A stretch of 64,000 bases of DNA from Chrysomallon squamiferum (Eukaryota > Animalia > Mollusca): contig CM022677.1 in the NCBI GenBank assembly GCA_012295275.1, forward strand, positions 18,414,001 to 18,478,000, read 5' to 3'. The notes below the pieces were generated by a model that saw only the letters and a program-made list of their open reading frames with translations, searched no databases and was not told the origin of the DNA. A program made the position numbers and the translations under genes. This document shows, piece by piece, positions 14,205 to 32,626 of the stretch. Each line of letters begins with the position of its first letter. Position 1 is the stretch's first letter.

Positions 14205-15308
14205 TAATAACATTGATAATAATTAATTTTAAGATACACTTCAACAAATATATCGTTGTTGGAGACAACATACATACATACAAATGTATACGAAGGGTAG
14301 ATAAGAAAATGACCTTAACTATGAACTTGTATTGAAAACGAAGAACGTCGTAAACATGAAAATAAGTATGTGTTTCTAGTATTGATTTATTTTGTTTATA
14401 GTTCTTTGGGTTGTTTTTATTGTTGTTGTTTTTGTTCTTCTTTTGTTATCGTCGTTGTTGTATTTCATATACATAGTATTAATTCCCTTGTGTGTTAAGA
14501 AAGACGTACTTTAATGTTCAGTGGAAAAATGTTTGATTCAGAGAGCTGCATCAAGACTAAATAGTGCAGATATTTTTGTAATCACGTGTTTTTTTTTCTT
14601 ATTATTATTATTAAATTGCCCTTTCGAGTTATATCATGAATTTGTACCCCATTTACAATTCTTTCATTTTTTTTAAAATTATTATCTATTTTTAAAATTT
14701 TATTTATTAATATATATTTTATTTTTTTTTTACATTTTTTTTATTCATTAATTTATGTTCGTACTGAAAATTTATGTATTGAATTTATTTATTATCAGTA
14801 ATGCGTAATTTTTATTATTATTATTTTTTTGATTATTTTATTTTCTGACCAATTAAATATATATATATGTTTCTTTATTTATTTATTTATTTTGGCGTCT
14901 TTACGTGTGGTAGTAAGACTTGACCCATTTTTTTGTGCCAGTTCATTGAAACTGCGAACTGTGATTGTTCCTTTGATGTTTTCTGACGACTCTAATAATA
15001 GAGTAATATGGCGGATCTTTGTTGATTTAATGGAATCTCGGGATACATCAACATGGGAATTGTATCCAATGAAAAAATATATAAAAAAAAAAAATAATAA
15101 TAATAATAATAATAATCTGCATTTCTTCGAAAACAATAATAAGTAAGATTTGTTATTATTTTTTTTTTCGCCCCAGAATTCAGTTGGGGTTTACCAACCC
15201 AGTTAAAAATAGATGACTGAGATTTGCTGTGGTTCAAATGTGTCTGATAACCTCAGTTTATTTTACAACTTTAAATAAAAGTAACATAATTTAATACTAA
15301 ATCAGTAC

Positions 15309-15443
<135 letters not shown>

Positions 15444-16054
15444 ACATATATATGAGAATATTTTTTTCTAGATTACGCCTTGCAAGATTATCTACGTTCA
15501 ATCGATACAAGATTTTTCAAGATATTTCTCTTATATCCTGCGATATCTTGTTTCAGTCGATGTAAATGTTAATCTCTGCAAGACATTCGTTGAGAGAAAC
15601 TCGTAAATACATGTCAGAGTTTATTCTTATCTTTATAACTTGTCTTTTGTTTGTTTTTCTACCAAAACTGACAAGATTTAGTCATCGCCTTCTTAACTAT
15701 TGTTTACATGATTGTCACTGTTACAGTGTGTATATCAAATGAAAAAAAAAAAAATACGAAGCCAAGATACGTCATTCTAAATTTGCACACTCGAATGAAT
15801 TCTTAATTGATCACGCTATTTTTGGAAGAGTTTTTTTTTTTTTTCATTGCGAGTCCTGATGTTGTTCTCGTTGTCGTAGACGTTGTTGTAGTAGTAGTAA
15901 AAACAGCGACAATAATGAAAATAAGGATTCACCTGATATGTTTTCATTTTTGACAAGCTCAGTTTATATATTTTTATATATAATTAATTAATAAAAAAGA
16001 ACAACAACAACAGCAACAACAACAATAACAACAACAACAATAATAATGAAAGTG

Positions 16055-16087
<33 letters not shown>

Positions 16088-17104
16088 GTAATAATAATTA
16101 CGATGAATTCAATTATATATAATGACAACACTATGTCACATATTAAACAAATAAATAAACTGTTTATGTGTGTTATTTGAGTTTTCTTAATACTCGTATA
16201 ATCCAATTTGGTTTAAACAAACGTAACAATTATCAGTACGATTTCAATTTCTGTCGAGTTTCCGGCAAGGGAAGTAACTCTGTTATCAAACGTTAATCAA
16301 AAGAAAAAGACCGGTTATCCCGCCTGATCTCTTTCCAAACTGGTTTAATATATAACTGAAGCAATATTAAAGGAGACTAAGACAATTATAGTAACGATTT
16401 CAGTATCATCGCTATTTCACATCAACATTTTTGAAAAAATACTGTAAATTCAACTAAATAATAATAAATTTATTATAATGGTTTTAAAATATGTGTGTGT
16501 ACATACATACATACATACATACATACATACATAATACATACATACATAGATACATACATACATACATACATACATACATAAATACATACATACATAGATA
16601 CATATCTATATATATATATATAGGCATATTTATAGTGGATAATATGATATAATTATTTTCTACACTCGTATTTTAATAATTTATTATAAATGAGGGTTAG
16701 TAACAATGCTACGATGCTGGTAAAGGGGAAAATACACTAGTTTATGCATTTTAATCATCTTATTGTAATAATAAATATATATTAAAAAAGAGTTAATATG
16801 TTTTATTTTGAGTGAACGTGCCTTTAGTAATTTGTTGTCTCAGATTACCCGATCATGGTATCCGTTTGAAAACTTTATTTTAACCTATAAATAGAATGTT
16901 TCATTTGAATCGCGAAGTGACACGCATGATACAGATAATTTACATTTTAAACACAGGAGATCGTGCTCTATATACGTATATGATATCACGATAATGAAAA
17001 TAAAACAGACTTTATTTAATATCAAATATTCTATACTGTTATATTCTTATTTATTCATTTATTTATTTGTTTATTTTATCTATTTATTTATTTATTATTT
17101 ATTT

Positions 17105-17144
<40 letters not shown>

Positions 17145-17264
17145 TTGTATTTAATATATGCTTGAAGAAACAATAAAAGAAAACAGAAAAAAGATTATTT
17201 TCACCAATGTAGTTAACAATTTAGAATTGTTCAAAAGATACTGTGTCGTTTTCTAATTTTCTTG

Positions 17265-18405
17265 TGGGTGTCTGTGTGTCTGTGTTTCTGTGTATCTGTA
17301 TCTACGTATCTCTATATCTGTGTGTCTATGTGTCTATGCGGCTGTATATCTCTGTGTCTATGTGCCAATGTGTCTATGTATCTATGTGTCTATGTGCCTA
17401 TGTGTATGTGTGCCTGTGTTTCCGTGTGTCTCCCTGTCTGTGTGTCTATGTGTTTGTCTGTCTGTGTGTCTATGTGTTTGTGTGCCAGTGTGTCTGTGTT
17501 TGTGTGTCTGTGTGTCTATGTGTTTGTCTGTCTGTGTGTCTATGTGTTTGTGTTCCAGAGTGTCTGTGTTTGTGTGTCTGTGTGTGTATGTGTTTGTCTG
17601 TCTGTGTGTCTATGTGTTTCTGTGCCAGTGTGTCTGTGTTTGTATGTCTCTGTGTCTATGTATCTTTGTGCCTGTGTGTCTATGTGTCTGTGTATCTGTG
17701 AGTCTATGTGTCTGTGAGTCTATGTGCCTATGTGTCTGTGTGTCTGTGTATCTGTGTATCTACGTATCTCTGTGTCTGTGTGTCTATGTGTCTGTGCTAC
17801 TGTGTATCTCTGTGTCTATGTGTCTGTGTTTCTGTGTATATATGTGTATGTGTGTATATGTGTCTATGTGTCTGTGTATCTGGGTGGCTGTGTGTCTGTG
17901 TGTCTATGTGTCTCTCTGTATATGTGTCTGGGTGTCTGTGTGTCTGTGTGTATCTGTGTATCTGTGTCTGGGTGTATCTGTGTATGTGTGTATATGTGTC
18001 TGTGTGTCTGTGTATAAGGATGGATGTGTGTCTGTGTGTCTATGTGTCTGTGCATCTGTGTGTCTGTGCGTCTGAGTGTGTATGTGCCTATGTGTCTCTG
18101 TGTCTATGTGTCTGTGCGTTTCAGTTTCTACGTATCACTGTATCTGTGTGTCTATGTGTCTGTGTTACTCTGTATCTTGGTGTCTGTGAGTCTATGTGTC
18201 TGTGTCTGTGTGTCTGTGTGTCTATGTTCTGTGTGTCGGTGTGTCTATGTGTCTGTGTTTCTGTGTATCTGTGTGTCTATGTGTCTGTGTTACTGCGTAT
18301 CTGTGTGTCTATGTGTCTGTGTGTCTGTGTTCTGTGTGTATGTGTGTCTGTGTGTCTGTGTGTCTGTGTGTCTGTGTGTCTGTGTGTCTATTTGTCTGTA
18401 TGTCC
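17265..18405. repeat. Degenerate (TGTGTCTA/TGTGTC)n satellite-like tract
   Basis: Directly visible; source of the Cys/Val-rich spurious ORFs. Confidence 0.9.
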
Positions 18406-18649
18406 GTATGCGAGATATTTTCAGAAAACATTATCATACCAAAATGGAGAATACAGCTGTGAAAAAAACAACCAAAAACAACAACTTATTTTTGGAACTG
18501 CGATTGGTATTATGACCAGAAATAATAAATATTCGTGTAACTTACAAAAGAGTTGAAAGGAATCAGCAAAAGATAAAAAATGAATTAACATCAGCTGTAA
18601 AACAGCCGAGAGATTGTCAGACAGAAGTACAGACCCGGACAGATAGACT

Positions 18650-19110
18650 GAGAGAGAGAGACAGAAAAGGAAAGACACTGAAAGAAACAGAAAAACAAAG
18701 AAACTGAGAGAGACAGACAAAGAAAGACACTGAGAGAGACAGAAAAACAAAGACACTGACAGAGACAGAGAAAGAAAGACACTGAGAGAGACAGAGAAAG
18801 AAAGACACTGAGAGAGATAGAAAAAAGAAAGACACTAGAGAGACAGAAAAAGAAAGACACTGAGACAGACAGAAAGAGAAAGACACTAGAGAGAGAGAAA
18901 AAGAAAGCACTCAATGAGACAGAAAAAGAAAGACACAGAGAGAGACAGAAAAAGAAATACACTAGAGAGAAAAAAGAAAGACACTGAGAGAGACAGAGAA
19001 AGAAAGACACTGAGAGAGACAGAAAAACAAAGACACTGAGAGAGACAGACAAAGAAAGACACTGAGAGATATAGAAAAAAGAAAGACACTAGAGAGACAG
19101 AAAAAGAAGA
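18650..19110. repeat. Minisatellite of about 24-26 bp (AGAAAGACACTGAGAGAGACAGAAAA); shorter copy at about 53250-53360
   Basis: Visible tandem units. Confidence 0.85.
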
Positions 19111-19121
19111 CAGAGAGAGTG

Positions 19122-19193
<72 letters not shown>

Positions 19194-19559
19194 ACAGAGG
19201 CGGACATACAGATTCAGAGAGACAGAAAAAGAAAGACACAGAGAGAGAGAAAGAAACATTCAGAGAATTAAGGAGTAGTCAACGATACTGAAGAAATAAA
19301 ATGACCGAAACAGGAAATGGCTAAGAAATATTTTTTCCTACTAGCTTATCTTTTTTATATATTATTACTTGAAAAATGAAATTAAATAAACGAAACAAAG
19401 AACAAATAAATAAACGAAAGACAAAATAACAAACACAGAAAGTAGTACAGCCAAAACAAATGACCATTTTGTTTCGTTATCACAATAAAGGTTTTAGAAG
19501 AACAACAATTATTTCTGAAAGTATTTAATGTACGAGGTAATTAGACTTAGTAGTCAAAA

Positions 19560-19755
19560 ATAAATAAAAATAATAATTAATAATAGAAAACAAATAAAAA
19601 TAATAACTAACAATAGAAAGCAAATAAAAATAATAACTAATAATAGAAAATAAATAAAAATAATAGCTTAAAAAATAAAATAAATAAAAATATTAACTAA
19701 TAATAGAAAACAAATAAAATAATAGCTAATAAAAGAAAATAAATAAAAATAATAG
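19560..19755. repeat. AT-rich minisatellite of about 30 bp (AAATAAAAATAATAACTAATAATAGAAAAC); paralogue at about 38745-38975
   Basis: Visible tandem units. Confidence 0.8.
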
Positions 19756-20143
19756 GTTATAATCACACAAACACCTGCATACTTGTACAAAGCCTACTAA
19801 GTATTTGTAAATCAAAGAACCAAATACCTCTTGTTGCGGCAGACTGAGTAATTAAGAACATAATTGAAACTATTGTTCTCTCGATACAAGATTTTTCAAG
19901 ATAGCGCTGTCATACGTCACCCAGCTAACCTGTGATACATTGTTTCAGTCATTACGTCATTCGCTGAGGGAGACTGTAAATATACGTCAGAGTTTAATCT
20001 CGTCTTTATTAGTTGCTTGTTCATCAGCGCAATCCGACGAACTTTATTAACTTCAGCACTTGACTTCAGCATGTGTTCTGTTGTATTTTGTAGAAAAACA
20101 TGAACCTCTAGCTAACACCAGATTAACATGTGTGATTTGATGT

Positions 20144-20287
20144 TTATCTATTTCTGCACTTGGACAGCTGGCACACTAATACCAAACTAATCTGTCTGTA
20201 ATCATTTGTATAATTTATGTCAACTAGAACTAATTACATTGTTATTACTACTACTACTACAACAACTACTACTACTACTACTACTGC

Positions 20288-20326
<39 letters not shown>

Positions 20327-20448
20327 CTATTTCTGCACTTGGACAACTGGGACACTAATACCAAACTAATCTGTCTGTAATCATTTGTATCACTTATGTC
20401 AACTAGAACTAATTACATTGTTACTACTACTACTACTTCTACAACTGC

Positions 20449-20517
<69 letters not shown>
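20144..20517. repeat. Direct tandem duplication of about 180 bp
   Basis: tatctatttctgcacttggaca...aattacattgtta(cta)n(tta)n occurs at 20144 and again at about 20324. Confidence 0.85.
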
Positions 20518-20518
<1 letters not shown>

Positions 20519-20645
20519 GATAAATTGTACAAGAGATCACAGTTCTGTAAGTAAATGTTATGTCTGTGGTTTGTAAGTTTTGGTTTCGTATTTAATCACT
20601 TTGTTTTACTAAATCACAACATCTCCACTTGTTAGTTATAGAAAA

Positions 20646-20774
20646 TTACTGAAAGCAATACATTCCGAAGTTCTGTTTGTTCTTGTTCTTTTGAAGATTT
20701 TTAATGTTGTGCACGCGCAGTTCAATACTGTCGTCTGCTTTCAGTTCAAACAACGCACCTTGGTAAGTGGGAGT
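20646..20774 (-). pseudogene. TNF exon-4 3' fragment
   Basis: Translates TPTYQGALFELKADDSIELRVHNIKNLQKNKNKQNFGMYCFQ*. Confidence 0.78.
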
Positions 20775-23097
20775 AATAACATTGATAACAACTAATTTTA
20801 AGATACACTTTAACAAATATATCTCAGAGATATCTTTCTACACCTGACTCAGTTTATTCTTGTTTCCATGGTTTCGTTGTTGGAGACAACATACAAACAT
20901 ACAAATGTATAGCAAGGGTTGATAAGAAAATGACCTTAACTATGACCTTGTATTGAAAACGAAGAACGTCGTAAACATGAAAATAAATAAGTGTTTCTAG
21001 TATTGATTTATTTTGTTTATAGTTGTTTTGTTTCTTTTAGTTTAGTGAAGATCTTTTTTTAAACACGTGTTTGTTTGTTGTTGTTTTTTAAATTACCCTT
21101 TGTATTTATATCATAAATTTATACCCCATTTACAATTCTTGTTTTTAAAAATTATTATCTATTGTTTAAATTTTATTTATTAATATTATTATTTTTTTAC
21201 ATTTATTTATTCATTAATTTATGTTCGTACTAAAAATTTATGAATTAAATTTATTAATCATCAGTAATGCGTATTTTCAAAAAAAATATATTATATTATT
21301 CTCAGACCAGTTAAATATACATATATATATATATATGTTTGTTTATTTATTTATTTATTTTGGCGTGTTTACGTGTGACAGTAAGATTTGACCCATTTTT
21401 TTGTACAAGTTCACTGAAACTGCGAACTGTGATTGTTCCTTTGATGTTTTCTGACGACTCTAATAACAGAGTAAAATGGCGGATCATTATTTATTTAATG
21501 GAATCTCGGGATACATCAAGATGGGAATTATATCAAAAAAACAATATATATATATACATATATTAATCTGTATAAAAAGTAAGGTTGGTTATTATTTTTT
21601 TTTTTTCGCCCCAGAATTCAGTTGGGGTTTACCAACCGAATTAAAAATAGATAACTGAGATTTGCTGTGGTTCAAATGTGTCTGATGACCTCAGTTTATT
21701 TTACACCTTTAAATAAAACTAACATAGTTTAATACTAAATCTGGACAACTCTGTGTTGTCTCTGCTTGTTGTTACTGGTAGTGTTGACCTCGGATTTCCC
21801 GATATTCTCACCCACTTAGAGATAATAGCAACAGTTTACTTTGATCAGTCTGATTTCAGATTAACAACTATTCTCCAAAATAATGGTTATGCTACTTCAA
21901 TACATACATACATACGTACGTACATACATACATTAACAAATACATGCATACACATATACATACATACATACAAATATATATATATAGACTACTTGTTACT
22001 CATTACATAAAATCATGTGTCTAAGGAATAAACAAACAAGACCATGTTTCAATTTAAATGGCTTTAATATTAGTTAATTCCTGATATAGCAATGTTAACA
22101 TTTACAACATGGTAACTCTGGCAACCTGATCAGATTCATAAAACAAATCATAACAAAAAATCTACAGTTCCAAAAACTAAACAAATCAAACTAATACAAA
22201 ACACCTGATGGTTAGATAAAACTAAAATATTCAACAAAGATATAATAAAAAAACACAATACATCTATTACAGTTCATGACAATTACAGCTGAGAAGTCGA
22301 TTACATAAACTGCTTGAGTTTCACAAACTCTTGACTTCCTACAGTTCACTACTTTGACACTGCTGTTCTAAAACACTTTGTACATGAATTTCCTGTACTT
22401 CACAAGGCCATATAATTGAAGAGAAGATTCGTTATCACCGTCACAATGATCATTATCAGCAAAAGGAACCGCAATATTATTATTATTATTATTATTATTA
22501 AAATTATTATTATTATTATGATAGAAAAATATACAAGAGAAATAGTAGTAGTAGTAGTAGAAATAATAACATTAAATCCACAAAACTGATTCTGATCAAA
22601 GTTCTGTTACTGAAAGTTATGTCTGTGATTTGTAAGTTTGTGTTTCGTGTTTAATTATTTTCTTTTGCTAAATCAGGATATCTCCACTTGTTAGTTATAG
22701 AAAATTACTGAAAGCAATAAATTCCGAAGTTGTGTTCGTTGTTGTCCTTTTCAAGATGTTTAGAGTTCTGCACGCGCAGTTCAATGCTGTTTTCTGCTTT
22801 CAGTTCAAACAGCGCGCCTTGGTAAGTGGGAGGAAGCCCTGTTTTCTCTGATGACGTCACACGACACTGAGACTGGAAAAGTTCGAGTAATTTCTCTTCG
22901 TGTTTCCCGCCATTTCTAAGCCAGATGGAATGAACAGAAGTGGCGTCGTCTTGTGTTTGGTCGTTCACGAAAACAAGATGAGCGTAAATAAAACACGTAC
23001 CAGGCGTTTTTACTTGAATGCGGCCATCTTTGTACATCATCTTCTTCCCAATGAACGCAGAGTCTTGTTTCCAGTGGAGTATATTTTGTCCATCTGC

Positions 23098-23145
<48 letters not shown>

Positions 23146-23304
23146 GTAATAATAATAGTAATAATTGTTTAGCAAACTCTGTTTTTTTCTCTATCTCTCT
23201 CAGACACAGATACACATCCATATTAAAGCTAGAAAATCTAATAAACAGACTAATGATTTATTATTATTATTATTAATATTATTATCATCATCATCGTCAT
23301 CATA

Positions 23305-23346
<42 letters not shown>

Positions 23347-23559
23347 TTACAATAAATAGCTAATATGGTAACATAATGAACACATCTGTTATTTGAAAAA
23401 TGATATTTAATACTTTAATAATTCATTACTGTTTAACCTTTGATGAACTTTGACCTCACCTGACCTCACCCAGTCAATTCCGCTTAGATGTGCTGAACGG
23501 TCACTCTCCCCATCAAAACGTAATTGACAATCTAAATAAAAAATAAACAGACATGTCAT

Positions 23560-28130
<4,571 letters not shown>

Positions 28131-28138
28131 ATAATATT

Positions 28139-28179
<41 letters not shown>

Positions 28180-28313
28180 TTCAGTAATACGTTAATTATA
28201 CGCGAGCTGACTAAATATAAATAGATTAGAGAAATGATACTGTCACGTGTGTGAGTGTTTGTCTCATAGAAATGTTTGAAATGTTTGAAATGTTATAAAT
28301 ATATTTTCCCCCG

Positions 28314-28435
<122 letters not shown>

Positions 28436-28937
28436 GTATATACACAAACATATATATATAGACACAGACACATACATGCAATATGTCATGACCTCCCATT
28501 ACAGGTTGATTGCTTTTGCCCCAAGTTGTGATATTAAGAGGAGATCTCGCTATTTTCACAGCAAGGGACACGCGCAACACAAACTGAGAACTGTGATTGT
28601 TCATTTGATATTTCCTCACGCCTCTAATAACAGAGTAAGATGGCGGATCATTGTTCATTTAGTGTGACCTCGGAACATGCCAACATGGAAATTGTATCAA
28701 ATGAAAAATCAATAAATGAATTAAAAAGAAAGAGTAAGGATTGTTATAATTATTATTAATTTTTTTTCTTTTATCCGCAGAAATCAGCTGGGGTTTACCC
28801 ACCGAGCTAAACAAAAATTACTGAGAATTGCTGTGGTTCAAATGTGAAACGTTTGATATCTGTTATTATCAGTGTATATCGTAACCTCAGTTTATTGAAC
28901 ATCTTTAAATAAACATAATTTAATACTAAATGAATAC

Positions 28938-29042
<105 letters not shown>

Positions 29043-30189
29043 GTTCCCTATGTGAAATATTTATACACGATATCGTCTAACCAACTAGTGGTTTTCAGTT
29101 TTGTTATTATCTATAATACATTCTTCTCTGAACTGTAATCCTCTAGTCTATGAGAATAAACTCAATGTCATTGTCAAAGACATTGCAACGTCATATAAAG
29201 CAATTGCAAAGTTATTTTGAAAGGCATTGTCAAAGTCATTGTATGCACCCAGTGATTCGGGTCAGATTTCGCACTTTGTCAGTTAGTTTTAGAAACAGTA
29301 CACTCAGTCCTTCCTTTAATTTTTATAATACAGTCAACATGTGAAACTAGAGTAGGCGTGACTGCACGTGGTATGCGTGCACACACGCACACACATTTAC
29401 ATACTAAAAGGTCCTCCTCGCTTTGGAAGCGAGATATTTTCACAAAACTTTATCAAAGTAAAGTGGAGAAGACAGCTTTAAAGATGTAACATTTACTTTT
29501 AGAACTGCCATTAGTATAATGGACCAGAAACTAAATATATTTATCTAATAAGTTATAGACATCAGAAATTAAAGTTTTGAGGAGAAGCAGTAGAAGATAA
29601 TACTTTGTTTAATTGTAGTTTTAAATTTATATCACGAGTCACAATAAATAAAATTTATTTACAAAATAACTTTTAGTCACTGTAATAATATTTTGAAAAA
29701 TGAGTGATCCTTGCGAAAGATTTTTGAACATATTAAACGTAATTATTTAAAATTATTTATCCTGTTTTTCTATCAAATCATAGCGAAGTTTCTTTTAGCT
29801 GTATATATACATGTGTCTGTGTGTGTGTTTGCGTGTGTGTTTGTTTATGTATGTCTGTGTGTGTGTATTTGCGTGTATGTCTGTTCTAGTGACACTCAGC
29901 TGAAAGGACTAGTAACAAAGACACACACAGACACACACACACGCACACATACATACATACAGACATACGCACATACATACACTGGTCATTTGACTCCTGA
30001 GTATAATACGTTCCGTGACCAAGCTCGTAACTCAAATTACTCTGCTCGTTATAATTTTTTTTTCTCCGCAGAAATCAGTTGGGATTAGTCAGCGTTGCTA
30101 TGGTTAAAAATGTCCGTCCAAGATTTGATAACCTCAGTTTATTAAACACCTTTAAATAAAACTAACATAATTTAACACTAAATCAGTAC

Positions 30190-30277
<88 letters not shown>

Positions 30278-30309
30278 ATATATATATATGTGTTGTTTCT
30301 TGGTACATA

Positions 30310-30349
<40 letters not shown>

Positions 30350-31023
30350 TGTGTGTTACATCTGTGATGTTTTTATCAACAGTTTAGATGCTGTTTTCAT
30401 ATGACAAGGAATTAAGAATCTAGAAACAACAATAATGCTACCAGTCCACAATCATGTGATCTAATAGTAGTTATTAACAAACAGTTTTATGCCACAAACT
30501 TCCCCTCAATACATAAGTGAACATATGGGGGGCATTAAATATGTTTATCACTGAAGGTAAAATAGCACACCTAAGTAAGTATTTGAATATACAAGTATGT
30601 GAAATAATGTACTGATTAGCATGACGTTGACGTGACAGTAGTTGATAACGTCACTACTGTGTTGACCTCAGATACCCCACTATTGTCACACACTGTTTTA
30701 TACATAATATCAAGAGACTAATTTGTTCAGTCTGATCTCAGACTAACAACTCATCTCCAAAATAATGGTTATAATACTTCAATACATACATACACACATA
30801 CTAAACCCCCACACACACACTCATACATACATACATACATACATACATAATTAGATACATACAAACATGCATACATACATGCATACACAGATACATACAT
30901 ACAAATATATATATATATATAGACATACGTAACTCACTAGTTACTTACTAAATGAAATCAGGTGTCTAAAGAATAAAGAAACAAGACGAGGATTCAAATT
31001 AAAGGAGTTTAATAATATTAGTT

Positions 31024-31179
<156 letters not shown>

Positions 31180-31234
31180 CCTCTCTCTTCCATTTCAACC
31201 ATCTTCTCCGGACTTATATAATGAAAGGTAATTG

Positions 31235-31884
31235 CCGTTCCAGCCACCCCCCGAATTCTTTTGTAACGTGTAATTAAATAAAAAACAAATATGTGTGTAT
31301 AACTGACAAATATTGTATAGAAATAAAATAAAAGAGAATGTAAAGAAATAAATTTGTTTTGTATAGTGCAAAGGGTTAGGGTTTCTCCATCTTTTCATGG
31401 ACAGAGGTCCACAACTTACAGTTAATTTTAACGCTTTTGGCTGGAGTTATAGCCTTTATCAACTCCTTCTGTTTCAGTATGGTACATATCTTAAAAGTAC
31501 TACACTCGTACTGCCTAGCCATGTTGACTACACGCACACCTCACTCTTGTTTTTCTATGATTTCATGCTTTAATTCAATGGACATAGTCCGCTTTTTCTT
31601 CTCAGCACTTTCCTTTGCACCCACTTTCTTTGGATCCATGGAAATCTGGCAAAATACTCGACATAACGCGACTAAAATACAACAGAGATGTTTCCACGGC
31701 GAGGTAACCACGTGAAGCAAACGAGTGAGACGCGGGATTCTGTGCGGATGTTGTGTTGTTCGTAGCGCCAACTACCGGCAGCGTGTCTGAAGCTCGCTCG
31801 TAACTCGGAGTTTGGCTCGCAAGACAAAGCAAAAAATCGCGCAGACTCGTTAAGTTGGAGCACTCGTATCACTAGGCACTACTG
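31235..31884 (-). mobile_element. Truncated pogo/Tigger element
   Basis: MDPKKVGAKESAEKKKRTMSIELKHEIIEKQE*GVRVVNMARQY remnant; right TIR ends ...ggcactactg|TA at 31884. Left boundary approximate. Confidence 0.82.
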
Positions 31885-32582
31885 TATTAGAAAAATTATT
31901 TATTTGTTAGTGCCAGCTATCGGTTTAATACTCAGTCTTTTAGGACAATTTGCTATTACTACATCTTCTTTTGAACCACATTGTCTGCAGATCGTAGAGT
32001 TATTTCCCCTGGTGCTCAAGCGTGTCAGTGTTTATTTACTGAGCACGTAGCAAGCTTCTTGAAAAACTGACGTGTTTTTAGTGGACAGGAAGTAACGTAA
32101 GTTCTCTACGATGACGTAAGTATCGTCGTCTGCTTTCGTGAACCAGTCGGCGTCGTTTAACTGGTGTTTGTAGATGTACTGACAGAGAGATAAAAGACAA
32201 CAAAAAGTGTCACACGCACTAATGCGTGTGAAAAGTAGAAAGGTAGAAAGAAAAAGAAAAAACGAAATGAAATGTTGAAGTTATTAGTTCATTTATTCGT
32301 CGATTAATTATTATTATTATTTTTTGTATTGTTATTATGAATATTATTATTATTATTATTATTATTTTCTGTTTTAGATGAATTTTTGGTGTTTATTATT
32401 GTTTATTGACGTCGTAGCCGTTGTTGTTGTAGTAGTAAAAAACTATTAACAACAATAAAAAATAATCATCATGATAACGATGATGATGGTAATGACAATA
32501 ATAATAATTAAAAAAATGATGATGATGATGATATGGTGATGATAATAATAATAATCATGATGATGATGATAATAATAATAAT

Positions 32583-32626
<44 letters not shown>

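Noticed and set aside
14829-15146. Recurrent plus-strand ORF LKLRTVIVPLMFSDDSNNRV (also 21339, 34239, 36338)
   Set aside because: Recurrence is explained by segmental duplication; start and stop positions differ among copies and no domain is recognisable.
17243-18556. Long Cys-rich ORFs (up to 282 aa; also 51584-52330) resembling metallothionein or keratin-associated proteins
   Set aside because: Open in all three frames because the TGTGTC satellite lacks stop codons.
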